Below, piece by piece: positions 39,201 through 48,100 of a stretch of 64,000 nt of DNA. The first letter of the stretch is position 1. Every line of letters begins with the position of its first letter. The translations under genes were made by a program, and so were the position numbers. Below the pieces are notes generated by a model. That model ran no database searches and had not been told where the DNA came from. It saw only the letters and a program-made list of their open reading frames with translations. Source of the stretch: an uncultured Candidatus Saccharibacteria bacterium (GTDB taxonomy: Bacteria; Patescibacteriota; Saccharimonadia; Saccharimonadales; UBA10212); the NCBI GenBank assembly GCA_964460855.1, contig CAYWQH010000007.1, positions 5,628-69,627 of the forward strand. Direction: 5' to 3'.

Positions 39201-40888
39201 TACTGCAAGTCAAAGACCTGAACACTAATTTTGGATCGGCCGTTACCGGCGGCGCCTTTATCGGCCGCAACAGCTACTTCGGCGAAGAGTTTAATAACTA
39301 TCGCGGCACGGCGGCTACTGCCGATTGTATCCAGGGACGCGGTGACTTTGGCGACCCCGGAACGGCTGCCTGTACCACCGGCACAGGTGAATTAACGCTC
39401 GACGTAACCACAACTGGCGGCGGCACCAACAGCGTGTCTTCGGTAGCCGATACCGTTAACGGCATCGAAAGCATCGGCGCTACTTCTGCCATAGGCGGCA
39501 CGTCGGTGGCCGAAGAATACCTTGGCTCGGCTACCATCAATGATGCCCAGCGCAACTGGCAACTCGGCAACCTGCCGGTAATGACTTTCAAATTCAAGCC
39601 ATCAGTTGCGGCAGCCGGGCAGTCATTCTACCTGGGCTTAACCGACCAGGATACGCCGGCGATCTCCACGGCCACGGCCAACGGCGTCTGGTTCAGCAAC
39701 TGTTCAACGGCCGCCGCTACGCCAACCTGCGACGGAACCTTGAGGGGTGTCGTTGCCAACGGAGCAGGTACAGTTACCACCGTTTCTTGCGGCGCGGTCA
39801 GCACTACCAAGTACACTTACGGCCGCATCGAAGTCCGCAGCGCCACCGATATCCACTTCTTTGTTGACCTGGATGTCAGCGACGGCATAGTTGAAACGGA
39901 GTGCGGCAGCGGCATTACTACCAATATACCTACCGGTACGACGGCCATGACGCTGTTTGCCAAAGCGGCCGACGGCAACTCAGCCGCCGAAACAACCACA
40001 CTATTAGTCGATTACATGCGGGCCTGGCAGGATGACAACTTGCCACCCAACGACCCCGACCAAAAAGCCCCGGCTACTTCACCGGATGGCCAGCCTGTCG
40101 AGACTGCGGCCCCATTGTCGCCGGATTCAGCCGATCCAACCGTTTTAGGCAGCTTCTTCAACTTCAATGCCGCTACGAGCGAAGATGTAGTATTCAACCA
40201 CAATGTTTATGTCCACGGTACCCTATACGCCGACAAGATCAAAGCCAATGAAATAGATGGTTTGAGCATCTTTACCGACCAAATAACCAGCCTGCAACAG
40301 CAAATCGCCGCCAACCTGGCTGCCCAACAAACTGCCGGCAACCCCAACGATCAAAAATCGGGTGGCGCGGCAACTACGCCGGTTATGCCGGCTGCTAAAT
40401 ACAGCATTAATCTGAGCGCCGGAGGCCTAAGCGTTGGCGGCGACGCTGAGTTCCACGGCAATGCGATGTTCTATAAACTTGTAACGTTTGTCGAGAAATC
40501 GGTCTTTAATAACGATATCCGCTTCAATGGCCATATTACTACCGGCGGCGGGGTACCGTCAGCCACATTGGAAAGCGGAGCTGGCTTAACTACAGCCCCA
40601 AATACCGATCCGACGGCCGCGGTGGCCCAAGCAGCGTTAGATGGCAACGATAACTCCGGCCAGATAAACGTTAAAGTTGGCAGTTCGCCGGCCATCGGTA
40701 AACTCTTAACGGTCAACTTTAGCCGCGCTTACGAAAAAGCCCCGCAGGTGTACTTAACCGCCCAATCAGGCGACTCGGCCGGCGTCAGGTACTACGTACA
40801 GTCAACTAACAGCGGTTTCACTATCTTTATCTTAGATACGCCGGCAGCCGGCACCAACCTGTCATATAACTATCTGGTTATCCAGTAG
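27284..40888 (+). CDS. Giant membrane-anchored surface protein 1 (4534 aa): fibre-like repeats + CBM4/9-like module + LVIVD propeller + two Kelch propellers + FN3-like pair
   Basis: An uninterrupted 13.6-kb ORF with a single N-terminal TM helix. The T/S/G/A/N-rich composition and the domain calls come from motif reading (see sub-features). It is paralogous in long blocks to the 6044-aa ORF. Confidence 0.9.
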   Translation: MNPDLISPNEPDHSKIPTIGPDSIELSNDAITTEVSTYKSPKLSFKEEESQAKILSSNFRSPSTIALLILALLSIIFVSAMFAFLQNKQDTGGLQTTASKIPVQKISLPLLSSQKSTLLDQTKKDTLLVNGDIYSQGNIRLYKGDYHIDIQADNLTGNQTFVLPDASGTICLNSNNCQLASLAQLNKLAAQLNTLQGQSAGVVNLQAGTGITIAGNKINNAGLRSLNGLTGGITLQGTANQIAVSVSGSTITLTTPQNIDLLATPTFQSINLSATGTQGGNQICDSSNNCGYASSVGSGTGDVNQGGNSFGATFAVGANDNFGFNIKTNNTVVASFTNTGLALFKPAVNSVSAFQIQDNSGNSVLAADTAGGQLVLGTANNVTGKIKFMSAAGAGSVSLAVANPAASNFNLVLPAENGTLCSTAGSAACLSVYAASSGSANYIQNQNAADQAADFRISGSGRANTSITTPLLDTPSAAALNIGTSNATAINLNQSTVIATGKSFSAFGSGLFRDNANSATAFQVQNSASNSVLTVDTTNALLILGKGSTLAGKLVLNNSSNNFNGTLQTAALGQNTTYTLPDPGAVSANICLSTGNCAAAGAAGGDLTGNYPNPTIAKLQGTTVTTASLNAGDIFLYNGAAWVNQAVSGDIVFNGSGVASIQANSVALGTDTVGNYVDSLGSLTGLTTSGNSGEGSTPTLSVIYGATANSAVQGNVAITCPSGSGNLSGGGNSITLGSGGSCNNITISNSPTFSGTLAVQGATITVGAAAQQGSLILNDGSSNTGTLQLAALGQNTVYTLPDPGAGSTSICLTTGNCAGLGGGITGSGTSGKIAKFTAGGAIGDSTLSESGSTLTASGNIIIQGSNALALGTSSSIDGSIKFYNSLGAHTVTLQAPAADPLADLTFKLPSSYGGNGDCLLSNGIGGLSFSACTGGAGGGVTNLDSQTGVVTLANSSGSGGTVTIDDASTAQKGIVRFNNTNFSVASGIANTIQDIATTSSPTFTAINTNTITPSGAFTLGATGQSFTLQGSSASKLTATGGGFTTTIGFTGVATASQTFNFDRTAAAGTYTICTTAVVCAGYAASSGSGNYIQNQNSADQSADFRISGTGRANTSIQTPLLDTAAAAALNIGTNNATAVNLNQNTNVASGKIFSVLGTSLFKNNADSATSFQIQNAGGRNVFTADTSSAQIILGDGTHLNGKLVFKNSTNNFSAIVQSAVIAQDTTYNLPDGGGASVDFCLSSGNCVAAGTAGGDLTGSYPNPTIAKLQGANLNTSSLTAGDLMLYDGSQWLNQALSGDASVNGSGSVTISANAVALGTDTTGNYVATLGSLTGLSTTGNSGEGSSPTLSVLYGAIANTAVQGNVTLTCPGGTGNVGGGGNTITLGSGGSCSNITFSNSPTFSGTLTVQGATVTVGTAAQQGSLVLNDGSANTGTLKTAALGQDTIYSLPDPGAGSTTICISTGNCAGAGGGITGSGTDGKLTKFAGGGTQVVDSTLSESGSTLTASGNIVIQGGNSLTLGTSNSLDGSIKFYNSSGTHTVTLQAPAADPLSNLTFKLPSADGSAGDCLLTDSFGGLYFNACPGGGGGSVTSIDLLSGALTIANSTGSVSTITIDDASTAQKGIVRFNNTNFSVASGIANTIQDIATTSSPTFASINTNTITPSGAFSLGVTGQSFTLQGSSASTVTATGGGFTTTVGFAGVATASQTFNFDRTAAAGTYTICTTATVCAGYGAASGSGNYIQNQSASDQSADFRISGTGRANTSVQTPLLDTATGVALNIGTTNATSINLNQSVSIAANKSLSYAAGSGTFDQSASSGTFSTGSGNVSINGNATVANNKSFTANGAAVFQDATNGTSAFVIQKATASDILFTADTSNNRVIIGNATASAGSDTTALVLDSAATANAPSGINGAMYYDTTLNKFECYQNGIWVDCITNTGAGGPTLQSAYNNSTGGTTPEIKLDSTRGALDIQDANSTIGGNLLNIRASNGSGLGQILFGVGNTGAITAQNSSNSTAAFQIQDAAGTSLLNVDTSTALSVLANPSAEQALAGNWIAKGGATVTQDSTQKWIGNNSIKVITTASNVDGVQQNITLTDGPAVTYGLTFMAKLDGASAAFNTIIARYNNGTADTACLAGGGVVSTGWQRYTCTFNSPNSHSGTPYLYIGQSDNTAHTFYIDAIQLIQNSTLSPYTDGVISLNGVISSPAIFQNQSDSTNAFQIQNSTGTSNALIVDTVNSRVGIAGRPSILSTSGLEVTGTTYSSTGFVIGTSTSAGNITKFFTVGTGGVTASHPVVLNTDSGNPRVMETTVARDQHVIGVAGTTAAATGTAWVTIYGAAQVNADAHVFGSAGGAIAPGDRLVVSASGTVYKDNSATSGIVGISQGTLALNGTSSTLNIWVMPQTGNDNARFQNTVDNGTSFAIQNAAGTSLLNSDTTNSRISIGSTGTNTGQLYVSGLVNSTAVSSTAVNAGDLRIQGKFGYELDGSTNSFFIYDFTNPASPTLVNTVNTNTTGSCVWPSAIVIGGKYAYITCQTNDKLGIYDISNPKSVTSVSTTSTGNADEQGLFLSGRYLYHATGSAGTLQVWDVANPALPVLKGTKTFAANTRTYSVFVQGRYAYVASRDSVTAANSKFYIVDVVDPTNPTQVGSFTTADTPISGFETGYQYVYVQGIYAYVTIAGSTDAVKVLNISDPTNPTLVSTISGAGAGPTSVVVRGKYLYIGFYNSTRIVIYDISNPAAPASVNTVGTTNGVISMQIQGRYAYTTNAGNTMRVYDLGGAYIQQLEAGGIETSVLQVNNSANILGDANIAGGLSIGQSLQLNGNLGASGQAMFQNAANSTSAFQIQNAAGGSIFNADTTNGGAITVLGQNSGEVGSWTTQASNLNTALQDSSAVYANGYIYILGGANGTPTAQTTTQYAKVNADGSLAAFTAGPSLPAARVNGTAVYLNGYIYYISGGSSNGSIYYSRVNPDGTLNAWQTNPLVYPVSNNGTRTGLTSFTYNGYIYTWSGSNIQEYTFVKPNTDGTLSNWTYVQNFANTNNRSFTGLAVANGFVYWVGGQNNTGTPTTSVTFSTINSDGTLSTPTSTTALPEARSTYGGRVEVVNGYLYVMGGVNASGTLRSTVYYAKLNSNGTVGNWNTAVNNLPVATGISDNETMSANGYLYVIGGNLNASNAVSATTYYASASRLSVGGALDLVGSTANSGSIASGGGSLTSGNTNVLGSLNVAGESSFSGGASFAGLLSAGAGINVQGSANATALSTTTLSAPSGSVTVATAGSAGGATWSYKITAVDGNGNESTTSATGSIGTGNANLDTSNFNKITWNTVRGASYYNIYRTAVGTSPATTGLIATVAAGPNATQTAFDQGAQGATGSTPVTTTKSGSLSVAGAIQGQASFVGDILSSQLTPVGGVSVNTNTTGATSYTYAVTAVDVQNNETSATSVTYGSGNANIATSNNVIVWSPVPGAAKYKIYRTASAGLPATTGLIGTNTISNNNTNIGPQTFIDTGIAGDGSIAPSTNTTGVAVFNGYSTTSKSAVNNSTAFQIQNAAGSSLFTADTSRSSITILGNNSPETGTGSGNWTTAANTFTGIRSGEAAVTANGYIYVLGGNTSTTSVQYAKLNADGSPGTWAATTALPSARANIAAVFYNGYIWIFGGTSDTNVYSAKVNTDGTLGSWNQTTSLTAATSLDRIAAVTANGYVYIIGGRTTSGTVVSSQTQWAKLNSDGTITSWTQGSGGQLLPAAREGGSAVIANGYVYYVGGLNVNPQNNVYIAQVNADGSLGNWSTSGNPLPDSNAPGAGRAYHGLVQLNGYLYVIGGRLNGSGTGTNTIEYSQITAAGTNSSWSTSGQTLPATRYITRAVTENGYIYLLGGVDNVGPTDQNTTYYTSTQRLKVGGSLDLVGLSGINLADSGATGGNLTAGNGYFVGRLQVKDQATFDAGLSVEGETVARGGLTIVSTGTGNIPLQINNTTTGINLLQVKDLNTNFGSAVTGGAFIGRNSYFGEEFNNYRGTAATADCIQGRGDFGDPGTAACTTGTGELTLDVTTTGGGTNSVSSVADTVNGIESIGATSAIGGTSVAEEYLGSATINDAQRNWQLGNLPVMTFKFKPSVAAAGQSFYLGLTDQDTPAISTATANGVWFSNCSTAAATPTCDGTLRGVVANGAGTVTTVSCGAVSTTKYTYGRIEVRSATDIHFFVDLDVSDGIVETECGSGITTNIPTGTTAMTLFAKAADGNSAAETTTLLVDYMRAWQDDNLPPNDPDQKAPATSPDGQPVETAAPLSPDSADPTVLGSFFNFNAATSEDVVFNHNVYVHGTLYADKIKANEIDGLSIFTDQITSLQQQIAANLAAQQTAGNPNDQKSGGAATTPVMPAAKYSINLSAGGLSVGGDAEFHGNAMFYKLVTFVEKSVFNNDIRFNGHITTGGGVPSATLESGAGLTTAPNTDPTAAVAQAALDGNDNSGQINVKVGSSPAIGKLLTVNFSRAYEKAPQVYLTAQSGDSAGVRYYVQSTNSGFTIFILDTPAAGTNLSYNYLVIQ
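27470..27540 (+). other. N-terminal signal-anchor TM helix of giant protein 1
   Basis: STIALLILALLSIIFVSAMFAFL follows a ~60-aa polar N-terminus. It is the only strongly hydrophobic stretch in the protein. Confidence 0.7.
28604..32690 (+). repeat. In-frame tandem duplication of a 1947-nt (649-aa) super-module: two full units plus the first ~190 nt of a third
   Basis: The landmark aaYtatatccaaaacca recurs at 28604, 30551 and 32501 (offsets 1947 and 1950 nt). The protein units are collinear (..NYIQNQ..ADFRISG.GRANTS.. ..GDLTG.YPNPTIAKLQG.. ..DDASTAQKGIVRFNNTNFSVASGIANTIQDIATTSSPTF..). Confidence 0.85.
33408..33836 (+). other. CBM4/9-like (galactose-binding-like jelly roll) module in giant 1
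   Basis: NPSAEQALAGNWIAKGGATVTQDSTQKWIGNNSIKV..YGLTFMAKL..GWQRYTCTF..FYIDAIQL fits the CBM_4_9 pattern (W.....sl.v ... Y.lsf..k ... W..y...f ... fyiDdv.l). Confidence 0.55.
34700..35615 (+). other. LVIVD-repeat beta-propeller
   Basis: About 6-7 blades of the pattern G.YAY(V/I)....(L/V).(I/V)(Y/V)D(I/V)SNP..P, for example GKYAYITCQTNDKLGIYDISNPKS, GRYAYVASRD..FYIVDVVDPTNPT, GKYLYIGFYNSTRIVIYDISNPAAP. Confidence 0.6.
35944..36830 (+). other. Kelch-type beta-propeller 1 of giant 1
   Basis: Six repeats of NGY(I/L)Y(I/V)(L/M)GG......YYA(K/R)(V/L)N.DG(T/S)(L/V)..W. Confidence 0.6.
37060..37790 (+). other. Pair of FN3-like domains
   Basis: TWSYKITAVDGNGNEST..ITWNTVRGASYYNIYRT and SYTYAVTAVDVQNNETS..VIVWSPVPGAAKYKIYRT. 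Confidence 0.5.
38050..38950 (+). other. Kelch-type beta-propeller 2 of giant 1
   Basis: Repeats ANGYIYVLGGN..VQYAKLNADGSPGTW, YNGYIWIFGG, ANGYVYIIGG, ANGYVYYVGG, LNGYLYVIGG, ENGYIYLLGG. Confidence 0.6.
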
Positions 40889-40936
40889 CGGTAACATTGC
40901 CCGGTTAAGCTTAATCGGCTAAACTCTTAGTTAACT

Positions 40937-41443
40937 ATGAACCCCCGCTCGCAACATTCTAGAGGGACCATGCCCAGGCCGGTAAACCGTTACCGCCAGC
41001 CGGACAGCCAGGCGCCCATGCCCAAGCAACACCAGCCGCCAACCCCTAAAAACGGTTGGCTGACAGAACATTGGAAGCTGGCTATAGGCGTAGCAATTGC
41101 TATAGCGGTCACCGGAGTACTGGCCTATGGTTATGTAACTACCAAAGATCAGTTAACCAGCCTTAAAAACGGAAATAGCGCTAAACATTCCGCCCAAACC
41201 GAAGCAGGGCAGATAACCGCTAAAGTAGGCCAGTACGTAGACCTGCCAACCGGCGAAACACCGACTCTGGCCACCGTAAACGACGTATCCAAACTTAAAA
41301 AACAAGCCTTTTTTGACCAGGCGCAGAACGGCGATAAAGTCTTAATCTATGCCAAAGCCGGCAAAGCCGTGCTATACCGGCCATCCACCAATAAGGTGAT
41401 ACTTTACAGTTCGATCAACCTCGGCGGCAACCCATCTAAGTAA
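40937..41443 (+). CDS. Small single-pass membrane protein of unknown function between the two giant genes
   Basis: 168 aa. Basic Pro/Gln-rich N-terminus, a TM helix (WKLAIGVAIAIAVTGVLAYGYV), and a ~90-aa C-terminal domain. Confidence 0.55.
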   Translation: MNPRSQHSRGTMPRPVNRYRQPDSQAPMPKQHQPPTPKNGWLTEHWKLAIGVAIAIAVTGVLAYGYVTTKDQLTSLKNGNSAKHSAQTEAGQITAKVGQYVDLPTGETPTLATVNDVSKLKKQAFFDQAQNGDKVLIYAKAGKAVLYRPSTNKVILYSSINLGGNPSK

Positions 41444-42048
41444 ATAAATTACATCTGTTAGTTCGCCAACCGCCAGTTTTATATTATCGATGCTAAGTAA
41501 ATTACACCTTCGATTATATATTCACCCCTGTTAATCAATTGTATAGGCATAAAGTACCAAATTACCTTTTTGGGTTAAAATCGTTTTAATCGCTTGCCTG
41601 TATGTTTACTGGCGTACTTGCCTCAAAATCGATAGTAAGCATTGATAAGCTTAACGGCAATTATCATTTCAGGCTAAATTTATAAACCGGGCGGTTGATG
41701 TTAAGTACCAAACCAAGTTAAACCTTTTAATCAAGCCGCGGGCTTCGCGGTATCAGAGCGCGGAATTTAGGCCGGGCAGGCCAGGCTGCCGCCAAACCAA
41801 ATTTTTTATAAAACTGTGGACAAATCCAAACACTAATTCAACGCAATATAAAGCCTTATATTACAAACGCATAAAATTATTGCGATTTTTCATACAAAAT
41901 TTAAACTTGAGATTAACAGCTTAAAAAGCAGCCATTTACCCGTATTGAATAAATAATGTATTCACTGGTTTTGTATTTTTATCCCTATAAGCCGAGTGTA
42001 TGAACCTAAAGCTTGGGCCAAAAGTATATATAAATATCTATACGGGGC

Positions 42049-42077
42049 TTGCGTCAGATTACAGCTTGGGGTATATT
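42049..42077 (+). promoter_or_regulatory. Candidate promoter of giant gene 2 (TTGCGT-17 nt-TATATT)
   Basis: -35 TTGCGT at 42049-42054, a 17-nt spacer, and -10 TATATT at 42072-42077. A ~115-nt A-rich leader follows, containing the direct repeat gtacaaaaaca (42128, 42141). Confidence 0.4.
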
Positions 42078-42195
42078 CGGTTTACGTCTTAGTTTTGGGA
42101 AACTCTAAAGACAAAAAGCACTGAAAAGTACAAAAACAAAGTACAAAAACACGTGCTAAAACAATCATAAAAATCCAAAAGGAATAACTTCGCTA

Positions 42196-45100
42196 ATGCC
42201 GAATCGCAACGGTATTAAGAGGGTAGGGAGCCCTATGCTAAAACTGGCACTAACAGTGTCAGTCTTTGCATGTCTGGCGATTGGCGTGTTTGTTAGCAAA
42301 ACTACCCCTGTTGACGCGACCTCCAGCAATTACCTGAACTTCCAAGCCAGGTTACTTAGTACCGCGGGCGCGGTCGTGCCGGATGGAAATTATAACGTCG
42401 AGTTTAAGATCTACGATGCCAGTGCCAGCGCCGGTTCGTCACAGGGATCCTGTGCCGGTGACGCCAACTGTTTGTGGACCGAAACCAGGACCGGTGGCAA
42501 CAAGGTGCGGGTGGTTAACGGTTACTTAACGGTGGACCTGGGCGCCGTAACCGGCTTCCCGGTGATTAACTGGGACCAACAACTTTACCTGACGATGAAC
42601 ATCGGCGGCACCGGCGCGGCAAGTTGGGACGGCGAAATGAGCCCGCGTCTGACCTTGACGGCAGTGCCTTACGCGTTCCGGGCCCAGCAGTTGGCCCTGC
42701 AAACCGGCGCCAACGAAAGTACTTTGAGCTTTGCCACCCAAACGGCGGCCAACAGCATATTGCTGCCGGACGAAGCGGGTACATTGTGTATTCGAAATTC
42801 CGCAAACTGTGGTTTCGCTGCTGCAACCGGCAGTTCGGCTTACATCCAAAACGGCACCGGGCTGCAAACCAACGCCAACTACAACATCCAGTCGGCCGCT
42901 ACCAACAGTGTCGGGGCTGTCATCAGAGGGGCTAGCGGCCAAACCGCTGACTTGTTCGATTTGCAGCACGGCGCATCGGGCACAAATGTGGTTAGCGTCG
43001 GCCCCGACGGCCAGGCGCTGTTCCAGAATAAAAACAATAGCTCCACAGCCTTTAGGATCCAGGATGCCAGCGGTAAAAATTACCTTGCGGTTGATACTGT
43101 CGGAGCTTCCATATCGGTCGGCGATACCGGCATAGCCTCATCTATCCAAGTTGGTAATACCACTGGCGCCGTAACCCAAACAATCAACATCGGCACTAAC
43201 AGCACGGCCAGTTCCACCAACAACATAAACATCGGCTCCAGCATTGCCGGGACCACCGCCATTACCGGCCCAACAACAATTACCAGCCGCACCAGCGGGT
43301 CAGCAACTGGATTAGCTATCACCAGCAGCAGCACCGGCAACGGAGAAGATGTCAGCCTGACTAACACATCCGGTACCCAAACCAACGGTTTGTCGATTGA
43401 CCGGAATGGTGCCGGCGGTGCAACAACTAATTTGTTGAGCTTGAGCAACACTGCCGGTACAGCTACCAACGCCATAAACATCACAGGTACTTTCGGTAAT
43501 AACCTTATCAATACTCCATCCTTCAACGTGTCAAATGGCGGCAGCGTCCAAGCTAACGCCGGCTATTTAATAAATTCAATAACCACCGGTTCGTTCGCCA
43601 AGAGAATTGTAGCCGGCACCGGCGGCGTTACAACTAACGACGTAGTTATCTGCGCCGTCGACTCCAGCAACTTCCGAGTACTCGACACAACTACTGCCAG
43701 AGACATTAGGGTTTGTGGTGTCGCTACCGCCGGTGCCGCGTCGGGTTCTAACGCCCAGGTTGCTTTCGTGGGCAACGTTACAGTAAACGCCGATGCTGCA
43801 GCTGTAGCCATCGGCGACCAGTTGGTAACTTCTACCACCAGCGGTGCTGTTACTGTTAATAACAGCGCAACCAACGGTATCTTGGGTATAGCCTCATCAG
43901 CCAAGGGCGCGGGTGCCGCCACGGTTACCGTCCAGCTGGGAATTTTCCGCGGCGTAACCAACCCCGACTTTGGCGGCGGCAACCTGACTACAACCGGCAC
44001 CTACAATACCAACACCTTCAACAGCAGCACCCTGCAATTTGGAGCGGCCGGTACGGCTACCATCGATAGCGCCAGCGGCCAAACGCTGCAAATCGGCACC
44101 GGCGCCAATGCCCACAACGTAACTATCGGCAACACAACCGGTAGCACCGGCCTGAGCCTGCTAACCGGCACCGGCAACTTCTCGCTAGACGGAGTAGGGG
44201 CATCTACCTACCAACTGGGCACCAGCACTACTAACGGGACTATCGCTATCGGCGGTACCGCCCAAACAGGTACGTTAACTCTTGGACGCAGTACAGCTAC
44301 CAATACGATATCTATCGGCGCCAGCGCCGGTAACGGCAACACCCAAACCATCAATATTGGTAACAGCGGTACGGCCGGCTCTACCACCAACCTGGTCCTT
44401 GGCTCGACTATTGGCGGCAGCACTACTATCCAGAGCGCCGGCGGTTTAGTACTGACTACGCTTGGTACCGCCGATAACAACACTACACTTTGCCGTAACT
44501 CCAGTAATATCGTGGCGACCTGTACAAACGGCGGCAACACTTTGCAATCGGCCTACAACGCTTCGACCGGCGGCGCGACGTCAGAAATCATTTTGGATAC
44601 TACCCGCAATGCGCTAGACATCCAGGACCGCAGTACCAGCAACGGCGGCACCATTGGCGCAAACCTGCTTAATATCCGGGCCACGGCCGCCACTGACGCT
44701 ACAGCCGGCGCTACGCTCTTAAGCGTTGGCAATACCGGCGCTGTGTTATTACAAAACTCTGCAAACTCGGCTAATGCCCTCCAGGTGCAAAACGCGATTG
44801 GCGACCAGCTCCTTAATATAGACACTACTAATTCGAATCTTATTACTAACAGCAGTATTGAAATCAGCCCGCTTAGCAACTGGACTTATTCCGGTACGGC
44901 CGGATCAGTAACCCGCGATACTTCACAGTTCTACTTTGGCAATGCCTCGCTTAATGTAACTACCAACAACGGCGCTAATGATGGGGCCAAGCAAACCCTG
45001 GCAACTACTTTGGCGGCTTCAACTACGTACTTTATCTCCTGGTGGGACAAGTTATCTGCCAGTACATTCACGGATGTAAAGGCCCAGTTCTCGTATGACG

Positions 45101-48100
45101 GTACCACCGGCAATGCCGCCAACTGCGCGACATTTAACACCCAAACAGTATTAACTACCGGCTGGACCCGGCACACTTGCTCGTTTACTACCGGCTCGGG
45201 CGGCACTGCGCCGACTGCCAGCAATGCCATATATATAGTGCAAACCGCTGCCGCTGTCCGGACATTCTGGATCGACGGCGTACAACTCGAACAAACGGCC
45301 GCTACGCCTTACAACGACGGCAAGATCCAATTAAACGGCGTTGTAACCTCGCCTACCACTTTCCAAAACACTAATAACTCGCTGATGGCTTTCCAGATCC
45401 AAAACGCCGCCGGCACTAGCAACCTGTTTGTAGCTGACACTATTAACGGCCGCATCGGTATTGGCAAGGCTACCAACTTATCGGCAACTTTGGACGTTAA
45501 CGGCACGGTTTATGCTTCAAGTGAATTCTCATTATCCAATGCCACGTTCGGTAATATAAAGAAAGCATATACAGCCGGTACGGGCGGGGTGACCGCTAAC
45601 GATGTAGTCGTACTGGCCAGCGATAGCGGCAACTCCCGGGTTATAGATACAACTACCGCCCGCGACCCGCGGGTCTTCGGTGTTGTTGCGTCTACGGCGT
45701 CGGCCGGCAACACCGTATTTACGGCTATTGCCGGCCAGGCAACGGTTAACTACACCGGTACGGCTCCGGTTATTGGTGACCAATTAGTTACATCAACGGT
45801 TGCCGGATCAGTGATAGTCGATAACAACGCCACCAGCGGCGTACTTGGCTATGCCGTATCTAACGGCTCTTCTGGCACTGTCAGCGTAATGATCGAGCAG
45901 ATACATGGCGTAACAAATCCGATATTCAGAAATAACAGCAACAGCACCAATGCCTTCCAGGTACAGAACGCAACGGGCGACACCGAATTCAACATAGATA
46001 CAACTCAAACCAGTTTGCTGTCTAACCCAAGTGCCGAACAAGCATTTAGCGCAAGTAACTGGCAGGTTAAAGCCGGCGGAGAAACTGTAACTCAGGACAG
46101 CACCCAAAAATACATCGGCAGTAAATCAATTAAAGTCATAACTACCGGCTCGGCATTAGACGGTGTCAAACAAAACATTACCCTTAATGACGGCCCCGCT
46201 GTTACATACGCGCTAAACTTCGAAGCCAAGCTGGATTCGGGCAGCGCGGCCTTTAGCACTTTGATAGCCCGCTACAATAACGGCTCGGCCGACACCAACT
46301 GTGTGACAGGCGGCAGTATCTTATCAACCGGCTGGAAGCGCTTTAGCTGTACGTTCAGCTCGCCAAACAGCCACTCCGGCACTCCTTATATATATATCGG
46401 CCAGTCCGACGCTAACGCCCACACGTTCTATGTCGATGCGGTCCAACTTACTTTATCGTCAACAAACTTGCCGTATACCGATAGTAACTATCAGCTAAAC
46501 GGGGTAATTAGCTCACCGGTAACCTTCCAAAACCAGAGCGACTCTAATACAGCCTTCCAGATCCAAAACGCCGCCGGCACCGGCAACACATTCATAGTTG
46601 ATACTACAAATACCCGCGTAGGCATAGGCGCCCAACCATCTGTATTAGGTACAACCGGCCTGGAAGTAACCGGTACTACATATTCTTCTACCGGTTTTGT
46701 CATCGGCACCAGTACCAGCACCGGCAACATCACCAAATTCTTTACGGTAGGAACGGGTGGGGTTACAGCCTCGCACCCGGTAATACTTAACACTGACGGC
46801 GGCAACCCGAGAGTTATGGAAACAACAACAGCCCGCGACCAACATGTTATAGGTGTAGCAGGGACAACTGCCGCCTCAACCGGTACGGCTTGGGTAACTA
46901 TCTACGGAGCGGCCCAGGTTAACGCCGACGGCCACGTATTTGGCAACGCCGGTGGCGCAATAGCTCCGGGCGACCGCTTGGTAATTGGCGCTTCAGGCGC
47001 GGTATATAAAGATAATAATGCAACATCGGGCATCGTCGGCATTTCGCAGGGCACATTAGCCTTAAACGGCACCAGTGCTACCTTAAACGTCTGGGTTATG
47101 CCCCAAACCGGCAACGATAATGCCCGCTTCCAAAATACAACTGATAACACTACCGCTTTCCAAGTCCAAAATGCCGCCGGCAATAACTACATATCGGTAA
47201 GTACATCCGGCGCTTCAGTATCGATTGGCGACACCGGTATCGCCTCTACCATCCAAGTCGGTAACACAACTGGTGCCGTAGCCCAAACAATAAATATCGG
47301 CACTAACGCCACTGGCAGCAGCACCAACACCATACATATCGGTGACGGCGCTAATGCCACCAATACGATTACTGAAGGATCGTCATCGAACACCGCGAAT
47401 ACATATACATTAGAAGCCGGAACCGGAGCTACAGCCATACAAATCGGCAACGGCGCCACCGCCCACGGCATACAGATCGGTACCGGCGCGGCCGTCCAAA
47501 CTATCGTGCTTGGCTCGACAAATACTACAAGCGCCACCAGCATCCAGGGCGGGGTCAGCGGCGCTATAAATATCGGCAGTGTCGGCTCATCGACCTTGGC
47601 TTCAACTACTCACATCGCTGATACCACCGACGCCACCGGCACCCAATTAGTAACCATTGGCTCCAACGCCAAATCAGCTAACACTTTGACGCTGCAAGGC
47701 CAAACGATAAATACCGGGGCGGTAGGCAGCGCTACAACGGCAACGGCCGTGCACATTGCCGATACTTCCGACGGCACCAGCACCCAAGCGGTAACTATTG
47801 GCAGCAACGCCAAAACAACAAATACGCTTACTTTGCAGGGCCAGACCGTAAGTGTCGGCTCTATCGGCAGCTCAACCACTGCAACGACCGTTCACATCGC
47901 CGATACTACAGATGGCACCAGCACCCAAGCGGTAACTATTGGCAGCAACGCTAAATCTACAAATACGCTTACCTTGCAGGGCCAGACGGTTAATGTCGGT
48001 ACGGTTGGCAGCGCTACCACAGCTACCGCCGTTCATATTGCCGATACCAGTGACGCCACCAACGCCCAGGCAGTTACTATCGGCAGTACAGCTGCCAATG

